In this document: positions 1 to 13,403 of the stretch, piece by piece
Layout: the number at the start of each line of letters is the position of its first letter
Numbering within the stretch: position 1 is the first letter of the stretch
NCBI GenBank assembly: GCA_965655095.1
Contig: OZ296650.1
Location: 63,426,001 to 63,490,000, forward strand
Origin: Haplodiscus bocki
Taxonomy: Eukaryota
Reading direction: 5' to 3'
DNA: 64,000 nucleotides
The notes under the pieces: model-generated
What the model saw: the letters and a program-made list of their open reading frames with translations, nothing else
Database searches by the model: none
What the model was told of the DNA's origin: nothing
Position numbers and translations under genes: made by a program

Positions 1-664
1 TTCTTTACAACATTTGATCCAACAATACCGCGACACTACTTCAACAAATTACACCAGTGTATTTAAAATAACCTTTCAATTAAGCCTCAGATGAAAGAAG
101 TTGGATTGATACCTGAGGAGAAAAACACTATTATGAAATATAACTAATATCTACATCATATGCTTTGAAGCAATGTTTGAACCACCATTACCAGAAAAAG
201 AAAAAAATGTCAAACTGAAAGGATAAAACTTTATTGGTAATCCCATGAACATATTGTAGTTTTTAAGCAAACGACAAACCATTCAGAAAATGTAATACCC
301 CTTGTACAAACTAAAAATTTTCTGAAACAACAAATACCAGAAATTTGATTGATTATCATTTCGCATATATCAAAAACAAAAAATTTATGCCGGATTCAAT
401 GCTGAAATTTTTGGTCATTTTCCTGTTTAGAACGTTTTAGCTGCTAGTGCATCCACATTACAGCCTCCACAAAACTGTAGGTTCGGTACGGACAAACGTT
501 TGTAATACAACAAACACAACCAAAAAATGATTACCCTCAAATACTCCTATAAAAAAGATCAAATTAAGCTACCACTGTTACGAGTTTACCATTTTGATTC
601 TTTGGCAGATAATCAATAGAGTGACGGTTAAAAAATAAGTGCAGTGTACATCAGTGGTTGGACT

Positions 665-3018
665 TGTCGCTGGTGTACTAGGGGTATTATCAGTTGTTTA
701 CTATTGTTCTCGCTAGCTAACATTCTTTAGCGACGTGCGCGGCCATACGTTTGCGCTAACGTGTGAGAAAATCTCAGGAGCTTACACTGGTATTAGCTTT
801 GTAAACTTGTCTTACTAAACCGCGCGAACAAAGCTGCGTAAATTCTACTAGCAAGGATTTGGTGAGCACAGAAAGAGTAAAAGTGAAGAAGCAAATTATT
901 TGATGAATATACGGAAATGAGAATTTGGTGATGAAATGTAAATGTGCACAAGATAAGATGGGATTTTGGAATGATGAGTTTATTTCGGGCGAGATTCGAG
1001 AAATCCAATATAGTGAAAGTCAGCAGCAGTTCTTCAAAAAATTTATCAGCCAAATCTCTACATTTTTCTATCAACAATTAAATCCGTATTAACTGTAATA
1101 TACCTGAAAGCATCTGTAAATATCAATTGTAATATATCACAATCCTATTATCCCCGTGACAAAAGAAACATCACTACTGTATATTTTTCTTCCCATCATG
1201 AAGATATCAACAGTCAACAGAAAATCCGTCAGTATCGCAATTTTCGGAGTAATTATCAAAATATACAAACTATTCGAAAAATTTCTATGAAAAATTCGAA
1301 GTTTAAGGCATCGCAGCGTTTAAATAAACGCAGCACGTCAAATCATTCATTAAATTTAGTTTAAATTTGAATTGTTCGAATAAATGAAAAAACAGCAAGC
1401 AATGACGACTAATTTACAAATCATTCCAAAAAACTGGAAAAATTTATCCAATTTAAGAGCTGAGTTGAGGTAATTTTTTTGGCTTTTTTTTTACTTTTGG
1501 CTCGGACGAAAGATTACATTTGTTGTTTGTAGCTCGGCTTTGTTGCCTTCTTGCTTCTTTTTAGTTTTACATTTTTTATATGTAATCAATTTAGCTAAAC
1601 CTTTGGTATTATGCCATAAAAACAGTCAACCGAATCAATTTTCTTGAATCTCTTCAGTTCAGGCCCTGACATAAGTCAAACTGTGTTATTGAACGGGATA
1701 GCATCTTTTATCTAAGACTTTGGTAACATGCGTAAACACAGTCGACTAAGTCAAGTCTCTTAGGGTCCTCTTTCAGTCAATAGAATCTTTTGGTGAGCAA
1801 ATCAAGAGCGAGTAAATTGGTCCTGCAGATCAGATTTCGAGGCTAAGACAAGTTAGTTTTTGAATCAATTCGATGATGAGGAAATTGGTCTTAGAATAGT
1901 TTTGATGATGAAATTTTTGTTTTTTATGGAATTGAATGATGAAATTTTCGCTCCGAAATCATGATGAGGGTGAAGTGGACGAGAGTTTTGCCTCGGGGAA
2001 GTAGGCTGGGTAACTTTAGAGAGCGACTGAATATAATGAAAGTGTAAGGGGTATTTATACTCATTCATAGCGCCATCGGGTAATTATCCAATAGGAGAGC
2101 GCCGCAGATAGCAGTGTTTACTCTTGGATCATTTAGTGGGTATGAGGAGGCGAGGAATGGCTGTTTTTGAAGTTTTGCGGCTAAGTCAATATTCGACTTA
2201 GAAAACTTTCGATGGTGAGCGTTTTGCGACCCAGTCAAAATTTGACTTAGAGAAACTTCGATCACGGCGATTTTGCGGCTGAGTCTAAATTCGACTTGGA
2301 AAAAATTCGAAGAATGGGAGGGGCAAAGAGAAGAGGAAAGTTCGAAATTTTGAGAGTCGGAGACAGAAGAGGAAAGACGAGAGTAAGTTGTTGACGGTAA
2401 GCGAGTGAGTGAAATTATGATTTCTTTCATCGTGCCAAGTGACTCTAAAATGGCATCATGCTGATTTTTCATGACTCCAATAGAAAAACAGCGCATGTCA
2501 ATCATGTCAGAACAGCTGACGAATAAGCTGTTAGTGGGTTTTGGGCAAAATCGAAATTTTAATTTCTGTCTATTTTTGCTTAGTAATCAATTTTGGGAAT
2601 TCCAATCGAGTAATCTCCAAATCTCTTCATGTCAGCGTAAAGTCGGCAAATATTTATTCTCATTTATAATCTTCAGTTTTGCCGTTGCATAGTCTGTGTT
2701 TTCAGTTTTTTCATCTTTCGTATTTCCTGTTGCATCAGGGTCTCTTGTTTGAATTCAAATATTTGTTGCAACAGCTCCTAAACTCCTGCTTGGTTTGTCA
2801 ACTTTATATCCGTTGTAATCTTTACTAGCTCTCAAATCAAATTTAGATACCAAATAATCAGACTGCACTAATCATTTTCCGTATTTCTCTAATATCTGAT
2901 ATATTTTGGGCTTTTCATTTTGAGCCGAAACTTCTCCAGGTTAGTTTTGACTTTTCGTTAAATTTATATTACTAAATAACGCATTTTTTAACGTTTGAAC
3001 GTTAGTCGTAACGCGTTA
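665..3018 (-). mobile_element. Solo LTR (about 2.35 kb) of a family related to the 18.3-kb provirus
   Basis: On the minus strand it starts TAACGCGTTACGACTAACG (degenerate TGTCGCGTTAGACCTAACG) and ends ...GCGACA. Flanks are GACT/GACC. It shares the blocks CTTTGTTCGCGCGG and GGCCGCGCAC, the CCTATTGG plus GTATAAATACCC promoter and the CTAAGAGA...AGTCTTAGATAAAA motif with the other LTRs. Confidence 0.75.
2049..2096 (-). promoter_or_regulatory. Putative CCAAT plus TATA promoter of the minus-strand solo LTR
   Basis: The minus strand reads CCTATTGG...GTATAAATACCC, the same motif pair as at 10486-10553 in the plus-strand solo LTR. Confidence 0.55.
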
Positions 3019-6000
3019 GACCGCTCAGCGGAAAACCGTTTTCGCTCTTAATCCAAAGCGGTAGCTAGCGGTAGCGAGATGGATGGCCCGAATCGCTATT
3101 CTGAACGGTATATTTTCAAATCAATTCACAAAATTTTTTTGAGCATTTTTGGTCAAGCCAGTGACCTGAAACCCCAATTGAACACCTAAACTGCGTGATG
3201 AGCCCTCATTTAAGCGTTTTAGTCAGTTATAGGTTCTTAATTTTGCAGAAATTCGCCTAAAAATTAAAGACATTTGTTCAATCTGTCTCCAAAAACATTC
3301 ATTTCAATTCAGGGAATCTGAAAAATGTAGTAGCGGTAGCTAGCGGTAGCTGTAACGTTAATAGCGGTAGCTGTAACGTTAATAGCGGTAGCTAGCGGTA
3401 GCGGTGAAATCGATTAGCGTTCAAACCACTGCTCTACATAAAACTAAATGTCAGATTCATATTTAAACAATTGAGCTGACGTCAGCATTTCTCACAGTAG
3501 CAATAAATGTGACGTAACCAAAGCTACGGAACCAAAATATACTATTTGGAAGTTTACAAATTCAAACTACAGGTGTGAAGGAAATGTTCTTGAAGAGTTC
3601 TTTTAGGATGGATACCATTGGCTTCGATGTTAAGAAATCAGTATATCATCACACCCAGCTCAAGCATCATTTCTAACAAAGATCTGATAATTCCCTATCC
3701 ATAAAAACTGGTGTAAATTTGGCCAAAGATGTATTAATGAAACTTTTTCATATGACTTATGGAGTCCTTTTTCATACGACATATGTAATTATAGCCGTTA
3801 CCTTCTTAACGTATTATTTCATGAAATAATTTAAGAAAATCATAGAACTGAGAATTTATTGCGCTTGCTAAATTGTGTACTTTATACCCCAAATAATTAG
3901 AACTAATTCGTTTGCAATAAGTATCAAAACGTTTGAATATTCAGTGTAGAAGCTAAGGAAAAGCGATAAAAGAGTGTTTCCTTCTGTTCCCAAGGATAAA
4001 ATACAGATAGTCTTACCGTAGCGAATAACATCAGGGGAACTCGTTCACAACTCAAGTTCGACAAAGCCCTAGATAAAAAGAGTCGAGTCACAAAGGAAGA
4101 AAACACTGCGGAAAGACAGCCAAAAATAGATATATTAAACTATATAGACATTTTAGACCAACAGTCCTAAAAAAAGAAACCTCCAAAATATCCTCCACTT
4201 GAATCAATAGACATGTAAAGAACTTTGATTGAGCCGTAGATGAAAAAAAATTGAGTATTTTCAGATTGATAAAATTTCTATAGACTGCCAAAACTAGCTA
4301 TTTTTGCCATTCAGAACCATCGTATTTGAACAATAGCAACGGAACAAGAAAGTTAGCAGCATTTGAACGGTTTTAGTTGATATCAATCTAATTTTAATTG
4401 CTAAATTGAACCGATTTTACTTATTTCTTGTTGCTAATAAGTAATTTTCGCTGAAATATACGGTTTTTTGAGAAAAGTTATTTTTCAAAAGCATTTATGG
4501 TGGGTAGCGGTTTCGTATACTTTCATGCCATATTTTTTCCCTCGTGCATAAAAAAGTTGGGATATTTTGCTCTTCACATTCGATGGCTGCTAACTGATTG
4601 TATTCTTTTTCGAATGGCTTACAACTTTAAATTTCTCACGAAATTTCGCAGTTCTTATTTTTTGTCTTCCATCTTCAATTTTTTTTGTCAAACTCATCAG
4701 TTGACGAGAAAATGGCTTCCTGCGTTTTTCTGAAAATGCTAAATTCTCAGCCTTTAATGTCCAGCATTTTTGATACAGATGCTTTCAAATTCATTGCATA
4801 ATGATTCTTTGTTATGCCAAACATGCATTTGAGTACACGCCATTGTTACTCTTTTTGCCCACTGCATATGAAATTTTGACAAAAAAGACCACTAAAACGG
4901 ACGATTAACTGCCATAAGTTGTGCCACATTCAAGTTTTTGGTAAATCTAACCAAATTCCGAGCCTCACCTTTGGAACAACCCGCGCAAAGATATTCACAG
5001 AACGAACGGGACTTGGTTTTTATTTAACATAAGTGACACCTTTTTGCTGCAGAAGCCGTTTTAACTGAGCGCTGGCCGAAAAACTCAGGTCAGTAACCAC
5101 TCCGACAGTCACAATGAATTTCAAGAAAAAATACAGCGGAAAAAGATTTCTTCATAATTCTATTCAAACAAAACTCGGTAATTTGTGCTTTGTTTTTAGG
5201 ATCAATGATAAAAAAATCAAGATCTCTGATTTCTTTCAAAAGTCTCTGTCTTTCTTGTTTGCGATTATTTCATAGAGAAATGTTTATGAGTCTTGATGGC
5301 GGAATTTGCTAAACTGAAAAAAGCCCGAAGTTCCATCAGAAATTTGTTCCTTTACCGGGTTTACCACCATACAAAAAACAGGAAATCATAGAAAGTCATA
5401 TATGGTGATCTATGAAAACATGAAAGTCATAGAAAGTTCCATACAAGTTTACGGTAACTCGCAAGTCATAAAAAGACCATACTATAGTATGATTCCATGC
5501 AAGTCATACACTGTACCATAGTATGACCATAGTATGGAAAAGCATGCGCGAATTTTATCAGAGTATGATAACGTATTCTAGCGAACAAAAATTTGATTTA
5601 AAATACTCATGGAAGATATTACATTAAAGTATGAAGCTCAAAATCTCTGGCAATAATATGACTGGGAAACATAATAAATGCCATCTTTTTTCATTTTTGG
5701 TTGCCTACAATTAAGAAGGAGATCTTGTGGAATCCCATTCCTGAACAGTATGGTCTGCAGTGATGTAGTGTTGGACAAACTACGACAAAGGCATAAGTCT
5801 TTCTTTCCTAACAAAATCGCGGAAAGTTGAACACTGAAAGTTGCGGCCGGGCATTCCCCTTGGGTCTTGAAGTTACTGGGAACCATATAAATAAAAAACT
5901 GATGGTTGTATGTCAAAAAAATTCAAGAAAAAGATGAAAATCATTGGATGACCATACAAAATAACATTAAAGTCACTAACTGGCGATACAAGTTTATGGC

Positions 6001-9000
6001 TGGCAGGTTTTCCATTCTATGACCGTAAAAAAAAACAGAAAACTAATGGTAATACCACAAGCTGTTTTTTTGTATGGCAATTTATGGTGCATAGTATGAT
6101 TTGCATGTCAGGTCAACTTGGGTTATTATGGCCAAAAATATCATTCGCACCCAACAACAACCAATGTGATAATCCTAAACATGATCAATACGGGGCCGCC
6201 CTTTTTCGAGGTATGCAAGGACATGTCACCAAAAATATTCCTGCTAGTCTTTTGCAGAAGCTCCAATGTCCGCTATATGGAACTAATAAGTAGAGTTTTC
6301 TGGAGCTGTATCCGTTAATATCTCTAGTATTTGCAACTTTTGATGCATTTTAGTGTGAGCAAATGTGGGCTGCTGAAAAAAGATCGTTTTTCAAATATTT
6401 TCTGATAAATTTCTGTATCTCATTTCTTTTTGCGGCAATCAATCCTTCTAGGGCATCAAACAATTCAAGAATGGAACTCAACCGGACACTGGTAGAAAAC
6501 GACTTCTATTTTCCATCGTAAATTTTTACGGAAAAAAATATAATTTAGTGGTGCAGTTTTTTCCTCACACAGAAATTACCCATGACCTGCAGACTTGCGT
6601 TATTTTTCGAAGCAGAAATAGACTCCGCGCTGCAGATCTTCTACCGTGGCCCCTTGCATAATACGAAAGTGCATTGCTCTCTCGGTTAGGTGGCAGTTTA
6701 GCCTATTTTTCAAATTTATCTCTCTCAAATTTCTATATCTCTTTGAAAGTTTGTTTTAAGAAACAATTGGAAAAGATAACTTGAGTTTTTTGATAAATTG
6801 AGTGTTATCGTCTGGAAAACTCACCCAATTTATGCCTGGTTTTAAAAATTAGTGTTCTGAATATTTCTTTAGAAAAACCAAGAACATATTTGAAAAAGCT
6901 AAGTTTCAAATGCAAAATCTGTCAGAAAGTGCAATTAATTATATTTTTGTTCGAGTTTCAAACTCAATTTTTCCAAACCAACCTGTTGGGATTTTCCAAA
7001 AGGTGTCAAATGAAACAGTACGACTTGCAGAAGGTTTCAGTAGAAATATCTCCGGTTTAGATCCTTGTAGGTGAAACCCAATTCGCCAAAAAATTCAAAA
7101 AATGAAGAAAGTATTGAGTTTTCACGATTCCCTTCACCAATTTTTCTTGGAAAAAACGACTGGGTTTCTTCTCTCGAGGTGAAAAATAACAGATCTGTAG
7201 AGAAAACGGAGTGGACAGAAAAAAGGAAAAAATCAGATTAGTTTCATTTTTTTTCACACATGTCAATTTGACTTTCACCAAAAATAATTGACTGAAAATC
7301 CACCATCACGGTTTAAATTGAAAAAGAAACTGAATCTAATAATACTATCATTGGTTTCATTCTCGCATCGAAAACTTGAAAAGCCAAAAATGCTCAAAAT
7401 TGGAATGAAAAATGAACTTCCTCGATATTGGAACTCAATTTCAACGAATTTTATCGTTTCAATTCCATCCAACAAGCTCTTACTTCGCATTTTTCCTCAA
7501 GTTTAAAGTGTCCCGTTTTCATACATTTTTAGAGTTTCTGACAGGCATAAAATGCGAAGTACATCAAACGATATTGCATTTTTCTGGTTTTTAAATCGAC
7601 TTTGCTCCAATTACAGCTGCGTGCTCACTTTCAAAGAGAGTTTAGTCAACAAATTTCCACATGCACAAGCTTGATCTTTAGCAAAATCATTGGTTCGTTT
7701 TGTGCATTGATTTCCTGATAGACCAGAAATGCGGAACAATGCATTTAGAAATGACTCTTCTCGATATTCGAACTCACTTTTTCGAGAGCAACCCGGTTCC
7801 AATCGACAAACTTTTACTTTGAGGAATATTTTTCAATGAGAGTATTTTCTTCTCTTCCTTTTTCCTCGATGATCACGCTCGTTCTTCTCGAAACCAACAC
7901 ACCAGATCTCATCCAGCATTTTCACCAGCGGAATCCACTTCGGGACCTTATTGGCAATTCTTAGTTTTAATATTGGACATACTTTTAGCATTTGAATCAT
8001 TTCCACACCACTGTCGAGAAAAAATTCGCACTGCCGCAGCGGTTTTTGATTAAGTTTTCAGAGTTATTTTTCGTAAATTCACTTTTCACAATTTATTCCA
8101 ACAAAAATTTTAACAGGAACAAGACGTCGCCCAGCTGACTCCGAAAGACATTTTGCCATCTACATCAGAGTAAAACAACAAATAATGGCCTAATTTGGCA
8201 CCATCCGTATTTTCCATTATACTCATACATCATGAGTTTTTCATGGTCGAAACGTTTTGAATTCTTGGTGTCTTTTAGTACAGTGGCTAATGAAAAAATT
8301 TTCAGCAAATTTCTGTCTCGTAGTGCAAAAAACGTCATGGGGCCCCTTGCTGTGCAGCAAGTTTTGGGCCAGTTCGAAAATGTTTGCAGGGTGTTCCGGA
8401 AGTTGATGCGATTCGATTAGAAAAGACTACAGCGAACTGCAGAAAAAAATAAGCTCACCCTAAAATTTCGATGAATACATACAACGCGGGTGAGCCATTT
8501 TCCCGCAATTTCAAAAAAAAATTTCTTTAAAAAGGTTGGCATGCTGGTTTAGCTTTTGATGAGGTACTTTCTTTACTTTTTTTCTCAGTTTCAATAAAAA
8601 TGAAAGCATTCTGTTCAAAAATTGAGTTTTTCTCCGTTTGCACAAGTTACCCATAATGTAACACCTCTAGCGAATTTTGTAGAATTGGTGGTTGGAATCT
8701 ATTTGGTGGCTTGCATGATGCACGGATGACCTCCGTTAGTTGCTTAAAAAGTGCAGGGTTCAAATATCTGTTACAACCCGTTCCTGTACGTGTTTAGATG
8801 GTTCTATAAACTTCAATGACTTTTGGTAGGTTTTCGTTTTTTATCGAGGATTTTTTCATGAACTGGATCTTATTTTCCCAAAAGATTTCCACTTTCGTTC
8901 ATAACTGTTGCAATTTGTTTGCAAAAAATGATATGATGAACTCCGGAAAGGAATTAGCTGTTTTCCAGAATAGCGGAAAAAAGTACGCATTTTTGTACAA

Positions 9001-10485
9001 AAATCTTTTTCCAAGTTTATAAAACCGAGTTAGTTTTCCTGACAAAACAAAATCCCTCAAATCACCAAACCCTGTTTTTCCTGGACCTCAAAACCGGAAA
9101 AAATGAAAATGAAGTTGTTTTGCGATTCCAATAGTCCATAAAAGCCAAAAAATTCAAATAGTCTTGAATTTTCTCGACTTTCAAAATCAATTTTTTGAAA
9201 ACTCTTGGTTGATTTCTTACATCAAGGTTTCACTCAATAGCATTCTCTTTTTGCAAGGTCATTCGACAAAAGTATATTCAGTTTTGAGCTATGCACCGGA
9301 ACGCTGTCGGCCATAAACGCTATAAATTATTGGAGTGGATACCAGCTGATTTCCATTGCTGCGTTCCGGATATATTGTACAAAAAACAAGCCGTTTGAAC
9401 TAACCACATTTTAAATCATGGCTTATTTCACTGTGGTATCGAAGCTAAGTACGAGGGAGAAAGGAGGAGACCAAAAAAACCTTATACAAACAAAGTATTT
9501 CTTGTTGCATTGAGAGTAATATGGTAGGCAACATAACGTCCACGCGGATGCTTTCTAATTATGTTCCAAACACGAAAATTTGATAATCATTGCTTTTAGT
9601 TCATTTTGAATTCGTTCAAAAAAACGATATTCCTTTATCAAAAACCTCTGATAAAAAGCGTTCTTTAGGAAGCTTGGAACAGTTTTTGTTAAAACTGGCT
9701 GTAGATTTTTTGTTCCTCTTTAGTAACAATTTTTCCATGAAACACCGGGTGGCTTGATTGCTGAAAAAATGGTCGTTTGTTTTGAGGGAGCTGGCGTCAA
9801 CCGATTTTCTGGTCGTTTTGTTCAAATTAGTTAGTTGTATTCGTTGAGACTTGTACCGCTCTAAAAGATTGCACTCCTCAGTCATCAGCTTCAAAAAAAG
9901 TCCAAAATTTGGAATTCAAATTAGTATCTCACAAAGTGCTTTACGTTTTGGCCTAATATCTGTTGAAAAAGATAATTACCAAGAAGAAACGGATTCCTAT
10001 CGCGTTATAAAGAACGCTCAAACCTTACAAAAGACGCTATTTTATAAAACAAAACTAAAGTGAAACTGAAACTAAATTCGAGAACTTTCGGTGATAAAAG
10101 AACACATCGAGAAATTGTAATTTTCAGATAAATACCCAAAGTGATTAGTGCAGTTTGCGTATTTGTTATTTAAACTTGACTTGCGAAACTGATAAGATAA
10201 TACAAGAAATGGAATTTACTTACCAAACCAACAGCTCGAAGTTTTGATAATAAATATTGACTTGGACTAATAGAAGCCCCTGGTGGAGCCGATTACCACA
10301 GGAACTGGGATGATAAAACCGGGACTTGGTGGCTACAAAATAAACATATACAAGTAATCGCCGCCATTATGGCGACAGGATACAAATTGACTGACAGCTT
10401 GAATTATTCGGTTCGAATTGCACAATTTCAAGATTTAAACTTACAAAAACAAAAACTCTACTTCGCCCAGCCTAGCGGGATTTTC

Positions 10486-10553
10486 CTATTGGCTACCTGA
10501 TGACATGCTCCGTCACGTGGCGTGGTCACTTGACCAAACGGGGTATAAATACC
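10486..10553 (+). promoter_or_regulatory. Putative LTR promoter: inverted CCAAT, E-box and TATA
   Basis: CCTATTGG (10486), CACGTG (10514) and GTATAAATACCC (10543). Confidence 0.55.
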
Positions 10554-10692
10554 CAGAGTTCAGCCATAAATTTCAGTTGCTCGCTCCCGCTCACTTGTCT
10601 AATTACTCAAGGCGAAACTCTTTTACAGTTAACTTCGAAGTTCTCTTCTTACTTTACCAATTCCTCTTCTCCTTTGGGGCGAGCGAAATTTT

Positions 10693-10905
10693 TCTAAGAC
10701 ATTTTCAAATTATATCTTTGCCAAATTTCAATTGCATCTCATCGAAATTATTCCAAGACATTTTCAAACTATGTCTTTGCCAAATTTCAATTGCATCTCA
10801 TCGAAATTAATCTAAGACTTTTTCAAATTATGTCCTTGCCAAATTTCAATCCCATTTCATCTAAATTATTCTAAAACGTTTTCAAATTGCGTCTTTGCCA
10901 AAATT
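10693..10905 (+). repeat. 59-bp tandem repeat, about 3.6 copies, inside the solo LTR
   Basis: Units start at 10693, 10752, 10811 and 10870 (TCTAAGACATTTTCAAATTATATCTTTGCCAAATTTCAATTGCATCTCATCGAAATTAT). Confidence 0.9.
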
Positions 10906-11375
10906 CCCTCGTCTTTACTTAGACAGTCCATACTCTTGCCACTGGGGTCTAAACACTGCCCACCAGCGCTAGCTTCGGTAATAGCGTGTGTGGATTCCGT
11001 GGTTGAACTTCGGTTCTGAAGCAAGAGTGAAACTTAAAGTGCACAATCCTCACGAGGTTCCCCAAAAAAGATATAACTGGCGCTACATAGACCAAATCTA
11101 ACCTCATCTGCTGGCGTGGTAATTTAGAATTCTTTCCAAGTTCCTAGTTACGGCCTAAATACGCAGAAACTGTCCCTTTTGCAATTCATTTTACACTTTT
11201 CCCATTCTCATCCTTAAAAACTATTCCCCACTGACCAGTTGGCCAATTTACGACTATCCAACGGAGCTTTACCCTGCAGTCAACCTACAACTATCCTCAC
11301 ACAACTTCGCTATTCGTAAGTTGTAATTTTGCTCTGATCTAGTAGAAGCATTCTCACTAGTCATTTCCCTTTAAA

Positions 11376-11995
11376 AATTCCTTCTCGATAAATCGCGAAA
11401 GAACTGCCGCGTCCGAATTAGAAGGGACTAAGAGAAAACCACCGGGTGCCGCTCACTATAAGCTGTACCTGAATAGTTGTTAAAAGCTAACAAGAACATG
11501 TAATTCCTTTCGACAAAACGCGAAGGAACTGACGCATTCCAGCTAAAAAAAAGGGCTGAGAAAAAATCACCGGTTTGCCGCTTACAGGGAGCTATACCTG
11601 AGCATTAGATAAAACCTAAAATACGTCAACCCCTCCAATAAATCCGGAGTTTTTTCTTCACGATTGGAAATACGGGGAATTCAAGATCTATTGCCCTGTT
11701 GTTTTTCTAAAGCAAGTTACTCGGGTTTTAAATAAAAGGCTAAAAGAATTATTTAAACCTAAAAGTAACATGCATGTAAATTCCTCGTCAGAGATTCACG
11801 CTTGACAAAAAGAGGACCTAAGAACTTTGACTCCGTCGACTGCTTTTATGGCATGTTACCAGAGTCTTAGATAAAATTTGATATCCCGTCCTGTAATTCC
11901 ACCCGATATAAATCTTGGTTCGCACCTCAATGGGATTTGAGAGACATGACTTGGTCAACTACTTTTATGGCATTTTACTAGAGTCCTAGATAAAA
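11376..11995 (+). ncRNA. Four diverged copies of a candidate structured RNA element in the LTR
   Basis: Copies lie at about 11376-11485, 11501-11614, 11778-11876 and 11894-11995. Pattern: AATTCC..stem..GGA-CTAAGAGA-hairpin-hairpin-TACCNGAGTCTTAGATAAAA. Stem sequences differ between copies but stay complementary. Confidence 0.45.
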
Positions 11996-13403
11996 TTGAA
12001 TCAAGTAAGACAAGTAGAACCAAAACTTAAATGAAAAAAAAGCAAAGTCTAGGCTAAAAAAAACGAATGTAATCATTCGTCTAAGCCAAAAAAAGCCAAT
12101 AAAATATTACCTCAATTTGGTACATAGGTTTGATACATCCTACCATTTCCTTTGGAAAGATTTGTAAATTGTTATTGATGACTACTTTTATTTATGTAAT
12201 CGATACAAACTTCGGATGAATTTCATCCTTATGAGTTTTAATATTAAATTTTGAAGTATTACGACAGTGGTTTATATAATTTCAAAATTTTATTAGATGG
12301 CGGAGCAAACACTGAAGCAGAATACGAGTGTGATGTGGGCTACTTCCACACCACCTACGAAAAAGACCCAGGGGTCTATCCTCTTTCCAGGAAACCCCCG
12401 TACTCCGCCAGTCCCTTTAGTTGGACTCGAAGTGTCGAAGGAGGCCAACTATCAAATCGCTCCGCCCTTTGTGTCTTTTGATATTTGGTCAATTTACAAC
12501 AGCCATTAGAGCTCTTGACTGCTCAATTACCTTTGTGTTGTAGCAGAGAATTCCCTTTTCCCAAATATTCCCATACATAGTCAGGAGGAAATCACGGAGA
12601 TTTGTTGTAATCTCTGTTTATTTAACTGAGAACCCAAAACTCATCAATAACCAAACCACTCATCATAAAGAAGTTGGTTACATTAGCCCATTCTTCAGGA
12701 GCCTCCACGTCTTTTCGGCAAAAAAGCCGCAAGAATTTTTTGGACCCATCATCCCCAGCCACCGGAGAAGGAGTCAGCTCGGGATCTGGCATATCTGGAT
12801 CCAGAGGAATTTCAACCCCGGTTCTCGTTTGATTTGGGACCTGATCATGTAACAGTGGAGATTGTGGCGAGATTCTGTTTGCCATTTTATAAATCGTTGT
12901 TAAAATGAATTTTAATATTAAATCATAAGTTCGAAGTTATCATAAAAATTGTCACTAGACTTAATTAATTTGGATTGCTCAAATCTTGCCCCAAATAATC
13001 TCACTGTTCCGAAATTTTAACTTATCTTGTGCACATTTACTTTTATTTAATCGACAGCCATTTCCGTAAATTCACCAAATATTTCATCTCCTATTTGTAC
13101 TCTTTCTTTGCTCATCAAGTCCTTTCCAGTAAAACTTACGCAACTTTGTCCGCGCGGATTAGCGAGGCAAATTTACAAAACGGATTTTAGTCTAAGCTTT
13201 TGAGACTTTCTTACACCATAACACAGACGTTTGGCCGCACACGCCGCCTAATAATATTAGCTAAAGCGAACATTAGTCAATATAATTGTTAAGTAGTCTA
13301 TCTGCACCCACTGTACGCGCGACATTACATACGAAGGAAGTTTTTATTATAATTTCAATGGCGACTTTCAACTTTCATATAATTCGGGGCTGATAATTTC
13401 ATC

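Larger units (their letters stand above)
652..3431. mobile_element. hAT-like non-autonomous DNA element (MITE) interrupted by a solo LTR
   Basis: Left end CAGTGGTTGGAC(C)GCT (rejoined across the LTR insertion) matches the right-end reverse complement CAGTGGTTTGAACGCT. The 8-bp flanks GTGTACAT/CTCTACAT match 6/8. Subterminal AGCGGTAGCT repeats lie at 3057-3075 and 3330-3405. Confidence 0.65.
9998..13324 (+). mobile_element. Solo LTR (about 3.3 kb) of a related family
   Basis: Starts TATCGCGTTA (cf. TGTCGCGTTA) and ends CGCGCGACA, identical to the provirus LTR end. Flanks are TTCC/TTAC. It shares the 3' blocks CTTTGTCCGCGCGG and GGCCGCACAC. No PBS follows. Confidence 0.8.

Noticed and set aside
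10693-10905. CRISPR-like array (also considered for 13411-14540 and 59830-60070)
   Set aside because: The repeats are contiguous with no unique spacers, there are no cas genes and the context is eukaryotic.
11376-11995. Assigning the LTR motif to a known ribozyme or RNA family (hammerhead, hairpin, HDV-like, twister, pistol, H/ACA snoRNA, CTE)
   Set aside because: Only fragmentary resemblances (GCATGTTAC, AGTC, TTCCTCG, ACCTAAGA). The required core motifs and pairings could not be fitted across copies.
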